Positions 28,422-38,981 are shown, numbered from the stretch's first letter. The stretch: DNA of 64,000 nt from Clostridia bacterium (GCA_017476265.1 JAFVAC010000002.1:2344-66343), one strand, 5' to 3'. The notes: generated by a model from the sequence alone, not told the origin. Made by a program: numbers and translations.

Positions 28422-28802
28422 ATGCTCCTAAAAGTGATCGGTGTGGCTTTCGTGACAGTCGTATCGTATGGCGTCGTCAAGAATGTCAAACCGGATCTGT
28501 CCGTTTTTTTGCCGATGGCGGCAGGTGCAATTATACTGATCCTGTTGTCCGATGGGATCATCCGGTCGATTGATTCTTTTCGGACTATTATTGAAAAAAG
28601 CGGAGTTGATGAGCGCGCATACGGAGCGGTGCTGAAAATCGTCGGTATCGGATACATTACTGAGTTTAGTGCAAATTTATGTGAGGACGCCGGTTGTTCC
28701 GCTCTGGCAAAAAAGATCGAACTTGCAGGGAAAATCACCGTGCTCCTGACAGCAATGCCCATTGTGACGGGCGTAATCGACGTAATTGGCGACTTGATGT
28801 GA
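28422..28802 (+). CDS. spoIIIAD: stage III sporulation protein AD
   Basis: 126-aa membrane protein (LKIVGIGYITEF..LAGK). Confidence 0.85.
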   Translation: MLLKVIGVAFVTVVSYGVVKNVKPDLSVFLPMAAGAIILILLSDGIIRSIDSFRTIIEKSGVDERAYGAVLKIVGIGYITEFSANLCEDAGCSALAKKIELAGKITVLLTAMPIVTGVIDVIGDLM

Positions 28803-28807
28803 TCGTT

Positions 28808-29983
28808 ATGAAACGTATATTGACAATATTGACGATCGGTGTCTTTTTATTTGTTTTCCTAATCGGCGTGCAGACAGGCGATAGGGCTTTTGCCGACGAC
28901 CTAGGAGAAGCGGTAGAAGAGACGATGGACGGAGTTGATTCAAGCGCTTTTGACGAGTTGATGGCGCTGTTGCGAGAATACGATCAACAAGGTTTTTTCA
29001 CTACGTCAAGACAATTCGTCGAAGATATATTAAGTGGTAAAAACGACTTCGACACGTCCTATTTTCTGTCGATGGCAAACGATGTCTTTTTAGGAGAAGC
29101 TAAAGTAGTTTTGCCGCAACTTGCTATTATCGTAGTAGTTTGTTTGATCTATGGCGTTCTCAAAGGCTTGACAGATGGATTTATAAGGACCGACGTAAAC
29201 AAGGTCGTCTACGTCATCTGCTACTGTATCGTCCTCGCAGTCATTGCCAATCTGGTTGCCCGATCGATCAAAGAGGCGACAAGCACGTTTATATTGATGG
29301 AAAAGATATCCGAAGGTTGTTTTCCCGTACTTGTGACTTTAGTTGCGGCACTTGGCGGATCGGCTTCGGCGGCGGTATTTCAGCCGTCGGTTCTTATTTT
29401 CGGAAACGTCCTCCTGAGACTATTGACGACTGTTGTTACTCCTCTGTTTTTAGCGTCTTTTGTTTTCGGTTTGATAGGAAATCTTAGCGATCAACTGAAA
29501 CTCGGTCGTCTTTCTTCGGCAATTCGTTCGGGTACGACGCGTATTGTCGGGTTGGTATTCGGTATTTTTTCCACCGTTCTTGTCGCAGAGGGGATCACCG
29601 GCGCAAGTGTGGACGGATTGGCGGTGCGAGGGGCAAAATTCGCACTATCAAGCTACGTCCCGGTCGTCGGGGGCTATTTGAAGGACGGGTTTGACGTCGT
29701 TCTTGCCGGTTGTCTTGCCGTGAAGAACGCGCTTGGGCTCTGTGCCGTCATAATTCTACTTGTATCTGTAATTGTCCCTGTCATAAGACTGCTTCTGCTC
29801 AGTATTTGTATGAAACTGACTTCGGGAATACTGGAACCTGTGACAGACGGAAAGTTCTGTTCTGCCTTAACTTGTGCGGGGGATAGCCTTAATATCCTTG
29901 TAGTGGCTGTCGTTAGCGCGTCTTTTGCCGGGTTATTATTTTTGATGACCGTTCTGTTTGTCATGAATCCGGGTGTTTTATGA
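28808..29983 (+). CDS. spoIIIAE: stage III sporulation protein AE
   Basis: Signal peptide MKRILTILTIG followed by a polytopic domain. ATG 28808 is preferred because the longer ORF start at 28694 lies inside spoIIIAD. Confidence 0.85.
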   Translation: MKRILTILTIGVFLFVFLIGVQTGDRAFADDLGEAVEETMDGVDSSAFDELMALLREYDQQGFFTTSRQFVEDILSGKNDFDTSYFLSMANDVFLGEAKVVLPQLAIIVVVCLIYGVLKGLTDGFIRTDVNKVVYVICYCIVLAVIANLVARSIKEATSTFILMEKISEGCFPVLVTLVAALGGSASAAVFQPSVLIFGNVLLRLLTTVVTPLFLASFVFGLIGNLSDQLKLGRLSSAIRSGTTRIVGLVFGIFSTVLVAEGITGASVDGLAVRGAKFALSSYVPVVGGYLKDGFDVVLAGCLAVKNALGLCAVIILLVSVIVPVIRLLLLSICMKLTSGILEPVTDGKFCSALTCAGDSLNILVVAVVSASFAGLLFLMTVLFVMNPGVL

Positions 29984-30504
29984 AACAATGGATTATGGGT
30001 GTTGTTTGCGTGGCACTATTGTCCATTCTGACGGAAGTCCTTTTGTCGGAAGGCAAAATGAAAAAGTATATCGGGGGATTTGTTCGACTGGCTTTGGTGT
30101 TTGCCATCATATCCCCGGTCATCGGCTATTATACCCACGGTGAGGTGACGATTGACGCGTTTGAAGTATCAACGGACGCTATTGTCGATTCTACCTATGT
30201 ACAGTCTATGACAAGAAGAAGATTCGATCTGGCGGAAAGGACTATAGAAAAAGAACTTAGTACTGAAAATAGAGAGGCTCATGTCAGAATCGATTTATAT
30301 TTTGATGGTACTGATACGATCGTATACTTGGTTGAAGTCAGAATTGATAATATCGGCATAAACGAAAACATGGAGAATACAATATCTACTGAAGAGGTCA
30401 AGCGGACCGTATCAAACCATGTGAACGTCCGAGAGGAGAATATAATCGTCTATGGACTCGATCAAAGCAAAACTGAAGATCCTGATCGAAAAGATCAAGA
30501 ATAA
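29980..30504 (+). CDS. spoIIIAF: stage III sporulation protein AF
   Basis: Two N-terminal TM segments and operon position. Confidence 0.82.
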   Translation: MKQWIMGVVCVALLSILTEVLLSEGKMKKYIGGFVRLALVFAIISPVIGYYTHGEVTIDAFEVSTDAIVDSTYVQSMTRRRFDLAERTIEKELSTENREAHVRIDLYFDGTDTIVYLVEVRIDNIGINENMENTISTEEVKRTVSNHVNVREENIIVYGLDQSKTEDPDRKDQE

Positions 30505-31024
30505 TCGTAAGGCGCAACTCTATCTTGCGATCGGTGTGGTGGCTATCATAATAGGGATATTCCTTTTGCAAAGCGGGATCTTCTCGACTAAGAGTAAGTC
30601 AGATACTTCTTCAACGGTCGTAATAAATGATCAGGACGAGACAGACGCGATCGAGAAACTGGAACAGAAGCTGTCCGATATTCTTTCGGATATGGCGGGT
30701 GTCGGTAAAGCGAAGGTAGTCATAACCGTGACCGGTACAACCGAGAAAATAACGGCAAATACGACGACAACGGGGTCAACCAATACGCAAAATCCCAACG
30801 GAGGGTCAACGACGACGATCAATACTACGACTTCTCCGATCGTCGTTTCGACCGGCGGCAAGTCGGAACCATACGTCGTCAAAGAAGTTATGCCGGAGAT
30901 AGTCGGCGTCCTTGTCGTAGCAAAAGGCGCCGAAAACAGCGTGATTAGACTATCGATTATGCGAGCCGTTGAGACCGCTCTTAACGTACCCGCTAACAAG
31001 GTAGAAATATACGCTATGAAATGA
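30452..31024 (+). CDS. spoIIIAG: stage III sporulation protein AG
   Basis: N-terminal TM segment, a low-complexity T/N-rich linker, and a C-terminal ring-building-motif-like domain (VVKEVMPEIVGVLVVAKGA). Confidence 0.82.
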   Translation: MDSIKAKLKILIEKIKNNRKAQLYLAIGVVAIIIGIFLLQSGIFSTKSKSDTSSTVVINDQDETDAIEKLEQKLSDILSDMAGVGKAKVVITVTGTTEKITANTTTTGSTNTQNPNGGSTTTINTTTSPIVVSTGGKSEPYVVKEVMPEIVGVLVVAKGAENSVIRLSIMRAVETALNVPANKVEIYAMK

Positions 31025-31059
31025 AAACAAATAAAACATATATATATGGAGGCTGTTTT

Positions 31060-31575
31060 ATGAAAGGTACCAATACCAAAACAAAGACCGGAAAAGTGAA
31101 CAAGAAAAAGATCATCGTTCTTGTTTCACTGGTAGCACTGCTTGTCGCAACGGGATGTCTGAACTACTTCCTAACGACGAGAAATGCGAAAACTACGGTT
31201 GCCAGTCAGTCCAACGATGCCGTGACGCCAACCTTCTTTGCGACATACAGGACCGATCGGGAGGCGACACGAGCACAAGAGATGTTGTATCTGGAAGATA
31301 TAATCTCTTCGACCGAAGCGGATGAAAAGACCGTAGCCGACGCGCAGACGAAGAAGCTTTCTTTAGTCGGTATGATGGAGACGGAGTTATCCCTGGAAGG
31401 TCTTATCAAGTCAAAAGGTTTCGACGACTGTGTAGTGACGATCAGCACAGACAATGTGAACGTGGTGGTCAAAGACGCAGAGCTGAGTCTCGACGAAGCG
31501 TCGCAGATCCTGAATATCATTACGTCTGAGACCGATTACAAAGCGTCGAATGTAATAATCATTCCGTACGTCTAA
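31060..31575 (+). CDS. spoIIIAH: stage III sporulation protein AH
   Basis: TM anchor followed by a YscJ/FliF-like domain. ATG 31060 has a GGAGG SD. Confidence 0.8.
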   Translation: MKGTNTKTKTGKVNKKKIIVLVSLVALLVATGCLNYFLTTRNAKTTVASQSNDAVTPTFFATYRTDREATRAQEMLYLEDIISSTEADEKTVADAQTKKLSLVGMMETELSLEGLIKSKGFDDCVVTISTDNVNVVVKDAELSLDEASQILNIITSETDYKASNVIIIPYV

Positions 31576-31597
31576 ACAATATATACAATGAGATATG

Positions 31598-31626
31598 GAC
31601 CGCGATATAATTCGCGGTCTTTTCTT
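31598..31626 (+). terminator. rho-independent terminator of spoIIIA operon
   Basis: GACCGCGA-TATAAT-TCGCGGTCTTTTCTT. Confidence 0.65.
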
Positions 31627-31663
31627 ATAGCGAAAAGCGGGATCGGGGAAAGTGGAGAAAAGG

Positions 31664-31714
31664 CGTGAATTCCCAAAGTAAATTCCACTGTGTAATTTAC
31701 TTTGGGAATTCACG
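31664..31714. repeat. perfect inverted repeat, 21-bp arms and 9-nt spacer
   Basis: CGTGAATTCCCAAAGTAAATT-ccactgtgt-AATTTACTTTGGGAATTCACG, verified base by base. Confidence 0.95.
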
Positions 31715-31876
31715 TTGCCGTTTCTATTGTGTAAACTTATAAAAAATCAGTTTACAGAATGAAAAAAATATGATAATATATACGTTGTACCTAGGCAAGG
31801 GTATTGCCGTTCCTCAATCCAAAACGACGTACACTTTGCTTCAGGCGAATTATTCTTCATTTTTAGGAGGTATATA

Positions 31877-32140
31877 ATGAACGAAATGACAAAAGCAGAA
31901 GTAATGGAAAAATTTGCTCGCAAAGAAGGCGATACGGGTTCTCCCGAGGTACAGATTGCACTTTTGACGCAAAGAATCGCATCTTTGAATGAGCACCTGG
32001 CGCAACACCCCAAGGATCACCATTCACGTCGTGGTTTGCTGAAAATGATCGGTAAGAGAAGAAATTTACTTGCTTACTTGAAGAAAAAGGATATTGAACG
32101 TTACAGAGCAATAATCGCAGAATTGAATTTGAGAAAGTAA
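31877..32140 (+). CDS. rpsO: 30S ribosomal protein S15
   Basis: [31 protein letters not shown]. Confidence 0.96.
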   Translation: MNEMTKAEVMEKFARKEGDTGSPEVQIALLTQRIASLNEHLAQHPKDHHSRRGLLKMIGKRRNLLAYLKKKDIERYRAIIAELNLRK

Positions 32141-32148
32141 TTCGCTTT

Positions 32149-32180
32149 AAGAGGTTGCTGAGGATTGAGCAACCTCTTTT
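32149..32180 (+). terminator. rho-independent terminator/attenuator between rpsO and pnp
   Basis: AAGAGGTTGCT-loop-AGCAACCTCTTTT. Confidence 0.7.
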
Positions 32181-32264
32181 ACATCATTTTCATCGTTATT
32201 CTTAAAAAAAATAAAACATAAATAGAATTTGTTCATCATGGGATGAGCAGAACAAGGAGGATTC

Positions 32265-34346
32265 ATGAAAGAAAGCAGGATTTTTACTACTACGATCGGT
32301 GGTAGAGAAGTCAGCGTGGAAATCGGTGGTTATTGTTCTCACTCAAACGGAGAATGTATAATCAGATGCGGAGATACCGTCGTTATGACGAATGTGACAA
32401 TGGCTAAAGCCCCCAGAGACGGAATCGACTTTTTCCCTTTAGGTGTTGACTTTGAGGAAAAAATGTATGCCGTGGGAAAAATTCCCGGTGGATTCAAGAA
32501 AAGAGAAGGAAGACCCAGCGATAAAGCAATTTTGACCAGCCGTTTGATCGACAGACCTATCAGACCGCTTTTCCCGAAAGGACTCTTTAATGATGTCGCT
32601 GTAGTTGCGACCCCGCTGAGCGTAGATACCGATATCCCGCCTGAAGTTTTTGCCATGTTGGGTAGCAGTATTGCCTTGACGATATCCGATATCCCGTGGA
32701 ATGGTCCTACCGGTTCGGTTATGGTCGGTATGGTCGACGGAAAATATATTATCAACCCGAACACGGAAGAGAGAGAAAAAAGTAGATTGAATCTGGCTCT
32801 TTCCGGGACGAAAGATGCAGTTATGATGGTTGAGGCCGGAGCGAATGAGCTGACCGAAGAAGAAATGCTCGGAGCTATTTTATTCGGTCACGAGGAAATC
32901 AAAAAGATTGTCGCTTGGATCGAGCAAATCAGAGAAGAAGTCGGCAAACCCAAGAAAGAAATTGAACTTCGCCATGCGCCTGAAGAGATGGAAAAGGCGA
33001 TCCGTGAATATTCTGCCGATAAAATTGCGTATATCTACGATACTTTTGACAGAACTGAGAGGGAGGCGCGTGAAGACGCTGTGACGGAAGAGCTCACGGC
33101 TCATTTCGCCGAGATCTATCCTGAAGAAAAAGGCTATATCGGAGACGTGATTTACGCGATGAAGAAAGAATACGTCCGCAAGAGAATCAGTGAACAAGGT
33201 ATCCGTCCCGATGGTCGTTCTTTAAAAGAGATCAGACCGATCTGGTGTGAAGCCGGTATTTTGCCTCGCGTTCATGGTTCGGGTGTATTCACCAGAGGAC
33301 AAACGCAGGTTTTGACGACCTTGACTCTTGGATCCATAACAGAAGTTCAAAAACTCGAAGGATTGGATGATGACTCCTTCAAGAGATATATGCATCATTA
33401 CAACATGCCGCCCTATTCTACCGGCGAAGCAAGACAATTGAAGAGTCCGGGTCGTAGAGAAATTGGTCATGGTGCCCTTGCCGAGCGTGCTTTGGAACCC
33501 GTTTTGCCGAACACCGAATGCTTCCCGTATGCGATACGAACAGTCAGCGAAGTTATCAGTAGCAACGGATCGACTTCTCAGGCGAGCGTATGCGGATCAA
33601 CTCTTGCTCTTATGGACGCCGGTGTGCCGATTAAAGCACCTGTCGCCGGTATAGCTATGGGATTGATCAAAGATGAAGCTAATCATAAGATCTCCGTTAT
33701 GAGCGATATCCAAGGACTGGAAGACTTTTATGGAGATATGGACTTCAAAGTTGCGGGAACTGCCGAGGGGATCACTGCTATCCAAATGGATATCAAGATC
33801 AAAGGAATTGATGAAGAAATCCTTCGTACGGCTTTGGCGCAAGCGAGAGAAGGTAGAATTTTTATCTTGGGTAAGATGCTTGAAGTATTACCTGAAAGCA
33901 GACCGCATCTGAGCAAATATGCCCCGAAGATCATTCGCTTTACTATTGATCCCGATAAAATCAGAGAGGTCATCGGCAGCGGCGGGAAAGTGATCAATAA
34001 GATCATCGAAGAGACCGGTGTTAAGATCGACATTGATGATGACGGAAAGGTCTTTATTGCGTCTACTGATGATGAGATGGCGGAGAAGGCGAAGAAAACC
34101 ATTCTTACAATTGCAAAGGATCCCGAAGTCGGAGAAGAGTTTGTAGGACCTGTCGTCAGAATCATGTCTTTTGGTGCATGGGTAGAGCTTGCTCCCGGAA
34201 AGAGTGGAATGATCCATATTTCTAAGCTTGCCAAAGAGCATGTAGAAAAAGTTGAAGATGTGGTTAATATCGGTGATATCGTCAAGGCAAAAGTCATTAA
34301 GATCAGCGATAAAGGAATTGATTTAAAACTGATTAAAAAGATGTAA
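32265..34346 (+). CDS. pnp: polyribonucleotide nucleotidyltransferase (PNPase)
   Basis: Two RNase PH domains, plus KH and S1 tails (GGKVINKIIEETG; GMIHISKLA). Confidence 0.96.
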   Translation: MKESRIFTTTIGGREVSVEIGGYCSHSNGECIIRCGDTVVMTNVTMAKAPRDGIDFFPLGVDFEEKMYAVGKIPGGFKKREGRPSDKAILTSRLIDRPIRPLFPKGLFNDVAVVATPLSVDTDIPPEVFAMLGSSIALTISDIPWNGPTGSVMVGMVDGKYIINPNTEEREKSRLNLALSGTKDAVMMVEAGANELTEEEMLGAILFGHEEIKKIVAWIEQIREEVGKPKKEIELRHAPEEMEKAIREYSADKIAYIYDTFDRTEREAREDAVTEELTAHFAEIYPEEKGYIGDVIYAMKKEYVRKRISEQGIRPDGRSLKEIRPIWCEAGILPRVHGSGVFTRGQTQVLTTLTLGSITEVQKLEGLDDDSFKRYMHHYNMPPYSTGEARQLKSPGRREIGHGALAERALEPVLPNTECFPYAIRTVSEVISSNGSTSQASVCGSTLALMDAGVPIKAPVAGIAMGLIKDEANHKISVMSDIQGLEDFYGDMDFKVAGTAEGITAIQMDIKIKGIDEEILRTALAQAREGRIFILGKMLEVLPESRPHLSKYAPKIIRFTIDPDKIREVIGSGGKVINKIIEETGVKIDIDDDGKVFIASTDDEMAEKAKKTILTIAKDPEVGEEFVGPVVRIMSFGAWVELAPGKSGMIHISKLAKEHVEKVEDVVNIGDIVKAKVIKISDKGIDLKLIKKM

Positions 34347-34363
34347 CTCCATCATAATGAGAC

Positions 34364-34405
34364 AGAAATCGCCCGGTCGAATCCGGGCGATTTCTATTTG
34401 TTTTT
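34364..34405. terminator. bidirectional terminator
   Basis: AGAAATCGCCCGG-TCGAAT-CCGGGCGATTTCT 13-bp stem flanked by T/A runs. Confidence 0.75.
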
Positions 34406-34504
34406 AACGATTTTTTTGAAATATTCGCTGAAGTGCGATCTGTGGATAATGTAGCCGGTACTCACTGCTCCGGCGATAACTCCTATCAAAAAGCTTTTTT
34501 TCAT
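34394..34504 (-). CDS. 36-aa small membrane peptide (MKKSFLIGVIAGAVSTGYIIHRSHFSEYFKKIVKNK)
   Basis: ATG preceded by GGGAGGA at 5-nt spacing. It has one hydrophobic helix and a basic tail. It lies downstream of the GDPD gene on the same strand. The stop codon sits inside the terminator stem. It is below the ORF-track cutoff. Confidence 0.45.
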   Translation of the reverse strand: MKKSFLIGVIAGAVSTGYIIHRSHFSEYFKKIVKNK

Positions 34505-34555
34505 AGTATCCTCCCGCATTAGTATGATATAAAGCTACGGAAGAATACAATTGAG

Positions 34556-35293
34556 CTATTGAATGGGCTTAACTTTCGACATATCGAACTTTAAGGCGTC
34601 AAGATCGAGCTTTTCGTATATAATATTATTAACGCCAAACGATAATGCCTTATCTAAGAGTTCAGGCGTACGTATTGTCCAACTTAGCAGGTTTATATTC
34701 TTTTTAGTAATAAACTTAACGACGGAATTATTAAGACTCTTAATATCATATGCCAAAAAGTTGGGGTTCATCTTCTTGTACATCGTTTTTCCCAGTTGAA
34801 GGACAGCAGGGACAGCCAATAAACCACGATAAAACTCAGGAGCATTTTCAGAAAACCAAGCAACAGTCCATGGATTAAAAGACTGAACAGCAATAAAACT
34901 TTCTTTCCCCTTTATGAGAGAGTATACCGCTTTCTCTAAATCATAGTTTGCGCCATTAATCTTGAGTTCCAAAAGGATCCCGGACTGTGTACCTTCAACC
35001 AATTGCAACAAATCGACAAGGAGGGGGATATGTTCTTTATTGGGAAGGAGATATTCGTCTCCTTGAATATCATCAAGAGTGAGGTCTTTAATATTAACTT
35101 TTTTTCCGCAAACACGAGTCAGCGTGTTATCATGGAATATTACGACTTCACCGGATTTCAGAAGATGAACGTCAGTTTCGATATTGTAACCGCTTTCGAT
35201 CGCTTTGCGGAAAGCAGCCATAGAATTTTCAGTGCGGACGTCTATGTCGTCGTGTTGTCCGCGATGGGCTATAGGTTTTTCAAAAAGCCACAT
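34556..35293 (-). CDS. glycerophosphodiester phosphodiesterase family protein
   Basis: IAHRG..ENS..AF..A...G...ETDV..LKSGEVVIFHD GDPD signature. Confidence 0.85.
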   Translation of the reverse strand: MWLFEKPIAHRGQHDDIDVRTENSMAAFRKAIESGYNIETDVHLLKSGEVVIFHDNTLTRVCGKKVNIKDLTLDDIQGDEYLLPNKEHIPLLVDLLQLVEGTQSGILLELKINGANYDLEKAVYSLIKGKESFIAVQSFNPWTVAWFSENAPEFYRGLLAVPAVLQLGKTMYKKMNPNFLAYDIKSLNNSVVKFITKKNINLLSWTIRTPELLDKALSFGVNNIIYEKLDLDALKFDMSKVKPIQ

Positions 35294-35312
35294 TTGTTGA
35301 TCCTCCCAATAA

Positions 35313-35912
35313 TTAATAACCTAAATTTTTATTGATTAAAACGATATGCACTTTTGTCCCCGTCATTGGATGATGTAAAATGACGGTTGCATTGCAAATC
35401 GTGTCAATACTGTTGCAGTGGCAACATTTATCGAGTGTTGCGCAGGGTGTATTTTTATGAAGTCTACGGCAGTTTTTTGGACTGGCTATATTTCTGGTCC
35501 GTTCAATCCCTTCAGAGATGTCGTTGACTATTTTGTTTATTCCGGCTATGATAAGAATATTTTTTGGGCCGTTGACGATCTCTCCGACACGGTTACCTCT
35601 TCCGTCGATATTAACGATATCACCGGTAGAGCATAATGCGTTCGCGCTGGAGACATACCAGTCGCAAAAATGCATTTTATCAAGAATCTCCTGTTTTCTT
35701 TTAGGGTCAAACAAGTCTCGGTGTAATACTATTCGATTTGGGAGCGCGTTCAGCAATCCGATCTCTTTAACCGTCTCGCTTCCGCCAAAGCCAATAGAGG
35801 AACCTTCCGGAATCAAATTTTGTATATAGTCGATCGCAGATGACTCATCGTCGAAGAAAGAAAAGTCAAAGCCGCGTCGTTCATAGTTAGATTGTATGGT
35901 AACAATATTCAT
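35313..35912 (-). CDS. LUD (lactate utilization, YkgG/LutC-like) domain protein with C-terminal Cys cluster
   Basis: IGFGGSETV, ANALCSTGDIVNIDGRGNRV, and a CxxLxKCCHC tail. ATG 35912 has a GGAGAA SD. Confidence 0.7.
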   Translation of the reverse strand: MNIVTIQSNYERRGFDFSFFDDESSAIDYIQNLIPEGSSIGFGGSETVKEIGLLNALPNRIVLHRDLFDPKRKQEILDKMHFCDWYVSSANALCSTGDIVNIDGRGNRVGEIVNGPKNILIIAGINKIVNDISEGIERTRNIASPKNCRRLHKNTPCATLDKCCHCNSIDTICNATVILHHPMTGTKVHIVLINKNLGY

Positions 35913-36037
35913 TTTTTCTCCAACGTGTCTATTATACATTATAATTTTTTTAAAAGGAATACAATTAAAAAATTTTATTGATTATTTTCTAAATTTTTTA
36001 TATAATGTAGGTCAATAAAACAGTAAAAGGAGTCTGT

Positions 36038-37843
36038 ATGGACGACAGACAAAAGCACATCAGGAATTTCTGCATTATTGCGCATATAGACCATGGCAAG
36101 AGCACTTTGGCCGACAGAATTATGGAAATGACAGGTCAAGTCAGTGAGCGTGAATTGAAAGATCAAATGCTGGATTCAATGGAGATAGAGCGGGAACGTG
36201 GAATAACGATAAAACTGACTCCGGTAAGAATGTTTTATAAACACAACGGAGAAGAATACACTCTGAATCTTATTGACACACCCGGACACGTTGACTTTAC
36301 CTATGAGGTCAGTAGGTCTTTGGCTGCGTGTGAAGGCGCTGTTTTAGTCGTAGACGCTTCTCAAGGAATAGAAGCTCAGACGTTAACGAACGTTTATCTT
36401 GCTTTGGATAACGATTTGGAGATAATACCTGTTATTAACAAAATAGATTTGCCATCTGCCCGACCGGATGAAGTTAAGACCGAAATTGAAGACGTGATTG
36501 GATTGGACGCTTCTGACGCACCTTTGATCAGCGCAAAAGAAGGGATCAATATTCACCAGGTTATTCAAGCGGTCATCGAAAAACTCCCCGCACCGACGGG
36601 GAAAGAGGACGCTCCGCTGAAAGCATTGATTTTCGATAGCCTGTATGACAATTATAAGGGTGCCATCTGTAATGTTCGTATTGTTGACGGTGAGGTAAAA
36701 ACAGGAGATAAGATCATGTTTATGAGTAACGGCAAGGAATTTGACGTTACGGAAGTAGGCGTTTTCGCCCCCGGGATGTTACCGGTGGCATCTTTACGCG
36801 CAGGCGACGTAGGTTATATCGCGGCAAGCATCAAAAATGTCAAAGATACTTCGGTAGGGGATACCATAACAAATGCATTGACACCGACCCAAAAACCGTT
36901 GAAAGGTTATAAAAAAGTCAATCCTATGGTTTTTGCCGGGGTGTATCCTGCGGACGGCAGTAAATACAATGACTTGCGCGACGCTTTGGAGAAGCTGAAC
37001 CTAAACGATGCATCTTTGATTTTTGAACCGGAAACATCAACGGCTTTGGGATTCGGGTTCCGATGCGGTTTTTTAGGGCTGTTGCACATGGAGATAATCG
37101 AAGAACGACTGGAGCGGGAATTTGATCTTGATTTGATTACCACTGCACCGAGCGTATCGTATATTGTCAAAAAGACAGATGGAGAAATCGTTCAGGTAGA
37201 CAATCCGTCTCATCTGCCTCCGGTAGGAGAAATCGAAAGCATTGAAGAGCCGATCGTAAAAGCCAATATTTTCTCTCCTCCCGATTACGTTGGGGCAATT
37301 ATGGATCTATGTCAAGACAAGAGAGGGGTGTTTATCGATTTATCGTATATCGACGCAACCAGAGTTAAAATCGAGTATCGGATTCCCTTAAGCGAGATCG
37401 TTTATGACTTTTTCGACTCACTGAAATCTCGTACAAGAGGATATGCAAGTTTAGACTATGAATTGGATGGGTACACTGCCGATGATTTAGTCAAATTGGA
37501 TATCTTATTAAATGGAGAGGTTTGCGATGCGCTGAGTCTTATCGTCCATCGTGATAAGGCATATGCGAGAGGAAGAGGAATAGCCGAAAAGTTGAAAGAC
37601 GTGATCCCTCGGCAGCTTTTTGAGATACCTATTCAAGCGGCAATAGGGAGCAAAATAATTGCAAGAGAGACGGTAAAAGCTCTACGCAAAGATGTCTTGG
37701 CAAAATGCTATGGCGGGGACATAACGCGCAAAAAAAAGTTGCTGGAGAAACAAAAAGAGGGCAAGAAGAGGATGCGTCAGGTGGGGAGTGTTCAGATCCC
37801 GAGTGAAGCGTTTATGACGATTCTTAAGTTTGATAACAAGTAA
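36038..37843 (+). CDS. lepA: translation elongation factor 4 (LepA)
   Basis: [20 protein letters not shown] and DTPGHVDF. Confidence 0.96.
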   Translation: MDDRQKHIRNFCIIAHIDHGKSTLADRIMEMTGQVSERELKDQMLDSMEIERERGITIKLTPVRMFYKHNGEEYTLNLIDTPGHVDFTYEVSRSLAACEGAVLVVDASQGIEAQTLTNVYLALDNDLEIIPVINKIDLPSARPDEVKTEIEDVIGLDASDAPLISAKEGINIHQVIQAVIEKLPAPTGKEDAPLKALIFDSLYDNYKGAICNVRIVDGEVKTGDKIMFMSNGKEFDVTEVGVFAPGMLPVASLRAGDVGYIAASIKNVKDTSVGDTITNALTPTQKPLKGYKKVNPMVFAGVYPADGSKYNDLRDALEKLNLNDASLIFEPETSTALGFGFRCGFLGLLHMEIIEERLEREFDLDLITTAPSVSYIVKKTDGEIVQVDNPSHLPPVGEIESIEEPIVKANIFSPPDYVGAIMDLCQDKRGVFIDLSYIDATRVKIEYRIPLSEIVYDFFDSLKSRTRGYASLDYELDGYTADDLVKLDILLNGEVCDALSLIVHRDKAYARGRGIAEKLKDVIPRQLFEIPIQAAIGSKIIARETVKALRKDVLAKCYGGDITRKKKLLEKQKEGKKRMRQVGSVQIPSEAFMTILKFDNK

Positions 37844-38965
37844 ATGCAGCCCGGGATTGGTATCTACATTCATGTTCCGTTTTGTGAGGCTAAATGCAGG
37901 TATTGCAGTTTTTATTCTTTACCCATTCACTTAACCGAAGAACTTGTTGAAAAATATGTCAACGAAGTAATTTGGGAGTTGATCGCGGCGTCGAGAGTCT
38001 ACGCAGATAAGACTGTTTCGACAGTCTATATCGGCGGAGGAACGCCAAGCGTATTGAATCTTAAACAATTGTCTAAAATTGTGAATACCGTATATAGGTA
38101 TTATCACGTTTATCTATCGGAATTTACGATTGAAGTCAATCCGAGTTCATCCAAAAACATAACAGAATACGCGAAGCTGGGAATTAACAGAATCAGCGTC
38201 GGAGTACAAAGTACAGACGACGGCATTCTTAAAAAATTAGGGCGCATTCATACGGTAAAAGAGGCGCTTCAATGTCTGGAAGCAGCGGCTTCAAGCTACG
38301 ATAAAATCAGTGGCGACATTATTCTGGGGGTAGAAGACGAGCAAAATGTTTTACGGGATGTGAAAACGATTTTGCCTTACGTAAATCATATTTCGACGTA
38401 TATCTTAACTTTAGAGAAAGGGACGCCTCTTTATTCTGATGTGATTACAAAAAAAATAAGTGTCGCATCGGAAGACGCCGTTGTCAAACAATACAACGAT
38501 GTCTATGACTTTTGTGTGAACAATCGCTTATATCGGTACGAAGTCAGTAATTTTGCTTATTTGGGCGCGGAGTCAAAGCATAATCTTAATTATTGGTCAT
38601 TAGGAGAATATATCGGGTTCGGACCGGGGGCGCATTCCTATATGAATGGATTACGGTTTTTTAACGAATCGAACCTTCAGGGGTATTTAGCAGGCAACCA
38701 TTTTGCCAATCACAGACAAAAGGAAGAAAGACCTTTTTCTATCGAAGAGGACAGAAAAGAATTTATTATGCTTGCCATGCGTACGGCTCATGGTATTGAC
38801 GCTACTGAATATGGGAGAAGGTTTGGAGATGATTTTTGGGTCCGCTATAAAAAAACGATTGACAAATTGAAAGAATATATGATCGTCACGGAAAGAAGAA
38901 TCAGGATAAAACCGCAGTTTTTTTTGGTGCAAAATGCAATTATCGGTGAATTTTTGGATGAATAA
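37844..38965 (+). CDS. hemW: radical SAM heme chaperone HemW (HemN-like)
   Basis: YIHVPFCEAKCRYCSF, and its conserved position after lepA. Confidence 0.9.
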   Translation: MQPGIGIYIHVPFCEAKCRYCSFYSLPIHLTEELVEKYVNEVIWELIAASRVYADKTVSTVYIGGGTPSVLNLKQLSKIVNTVYRYYHVYLSEFTIEVNPSSSKNITEYAKLGINRISVGVQSTDDGILKKLGRIHTVKEALQCLEAAASSYDKISGDIILGVEDEQNVLRDVKTILPYVNHISTYILTLEKGTPLYSDVITKKISVASEDAVVKQYNDVYDFCVNNRLYRYEVSNFAYLGAESKHNLNYWSLGEYIGFGPGAHSYMNGLRFFNESNLQGYLAGNHFANHRQKEERPFSIEEDRKEFIMLAMRTAHGIDATEYGRRFGDDFWVRYKKTIDKLKEYMIVTERRIRIKPQFFLVQNAIIGEFLDE

Positions 38966-38981
38966 TCTTTTTAAATATTGT

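Noticed and set aside
30700-30860. Repetitive-looking T/N/G-rich stretch (TANTTTTGSTNTQNPNGGSTTTINTTTSP) considered as a DNA tandem repeat.
   Set aside because: It is a low-complexity linker within SpoIIIAG. No exact nucleotide repeat unit could be traced.
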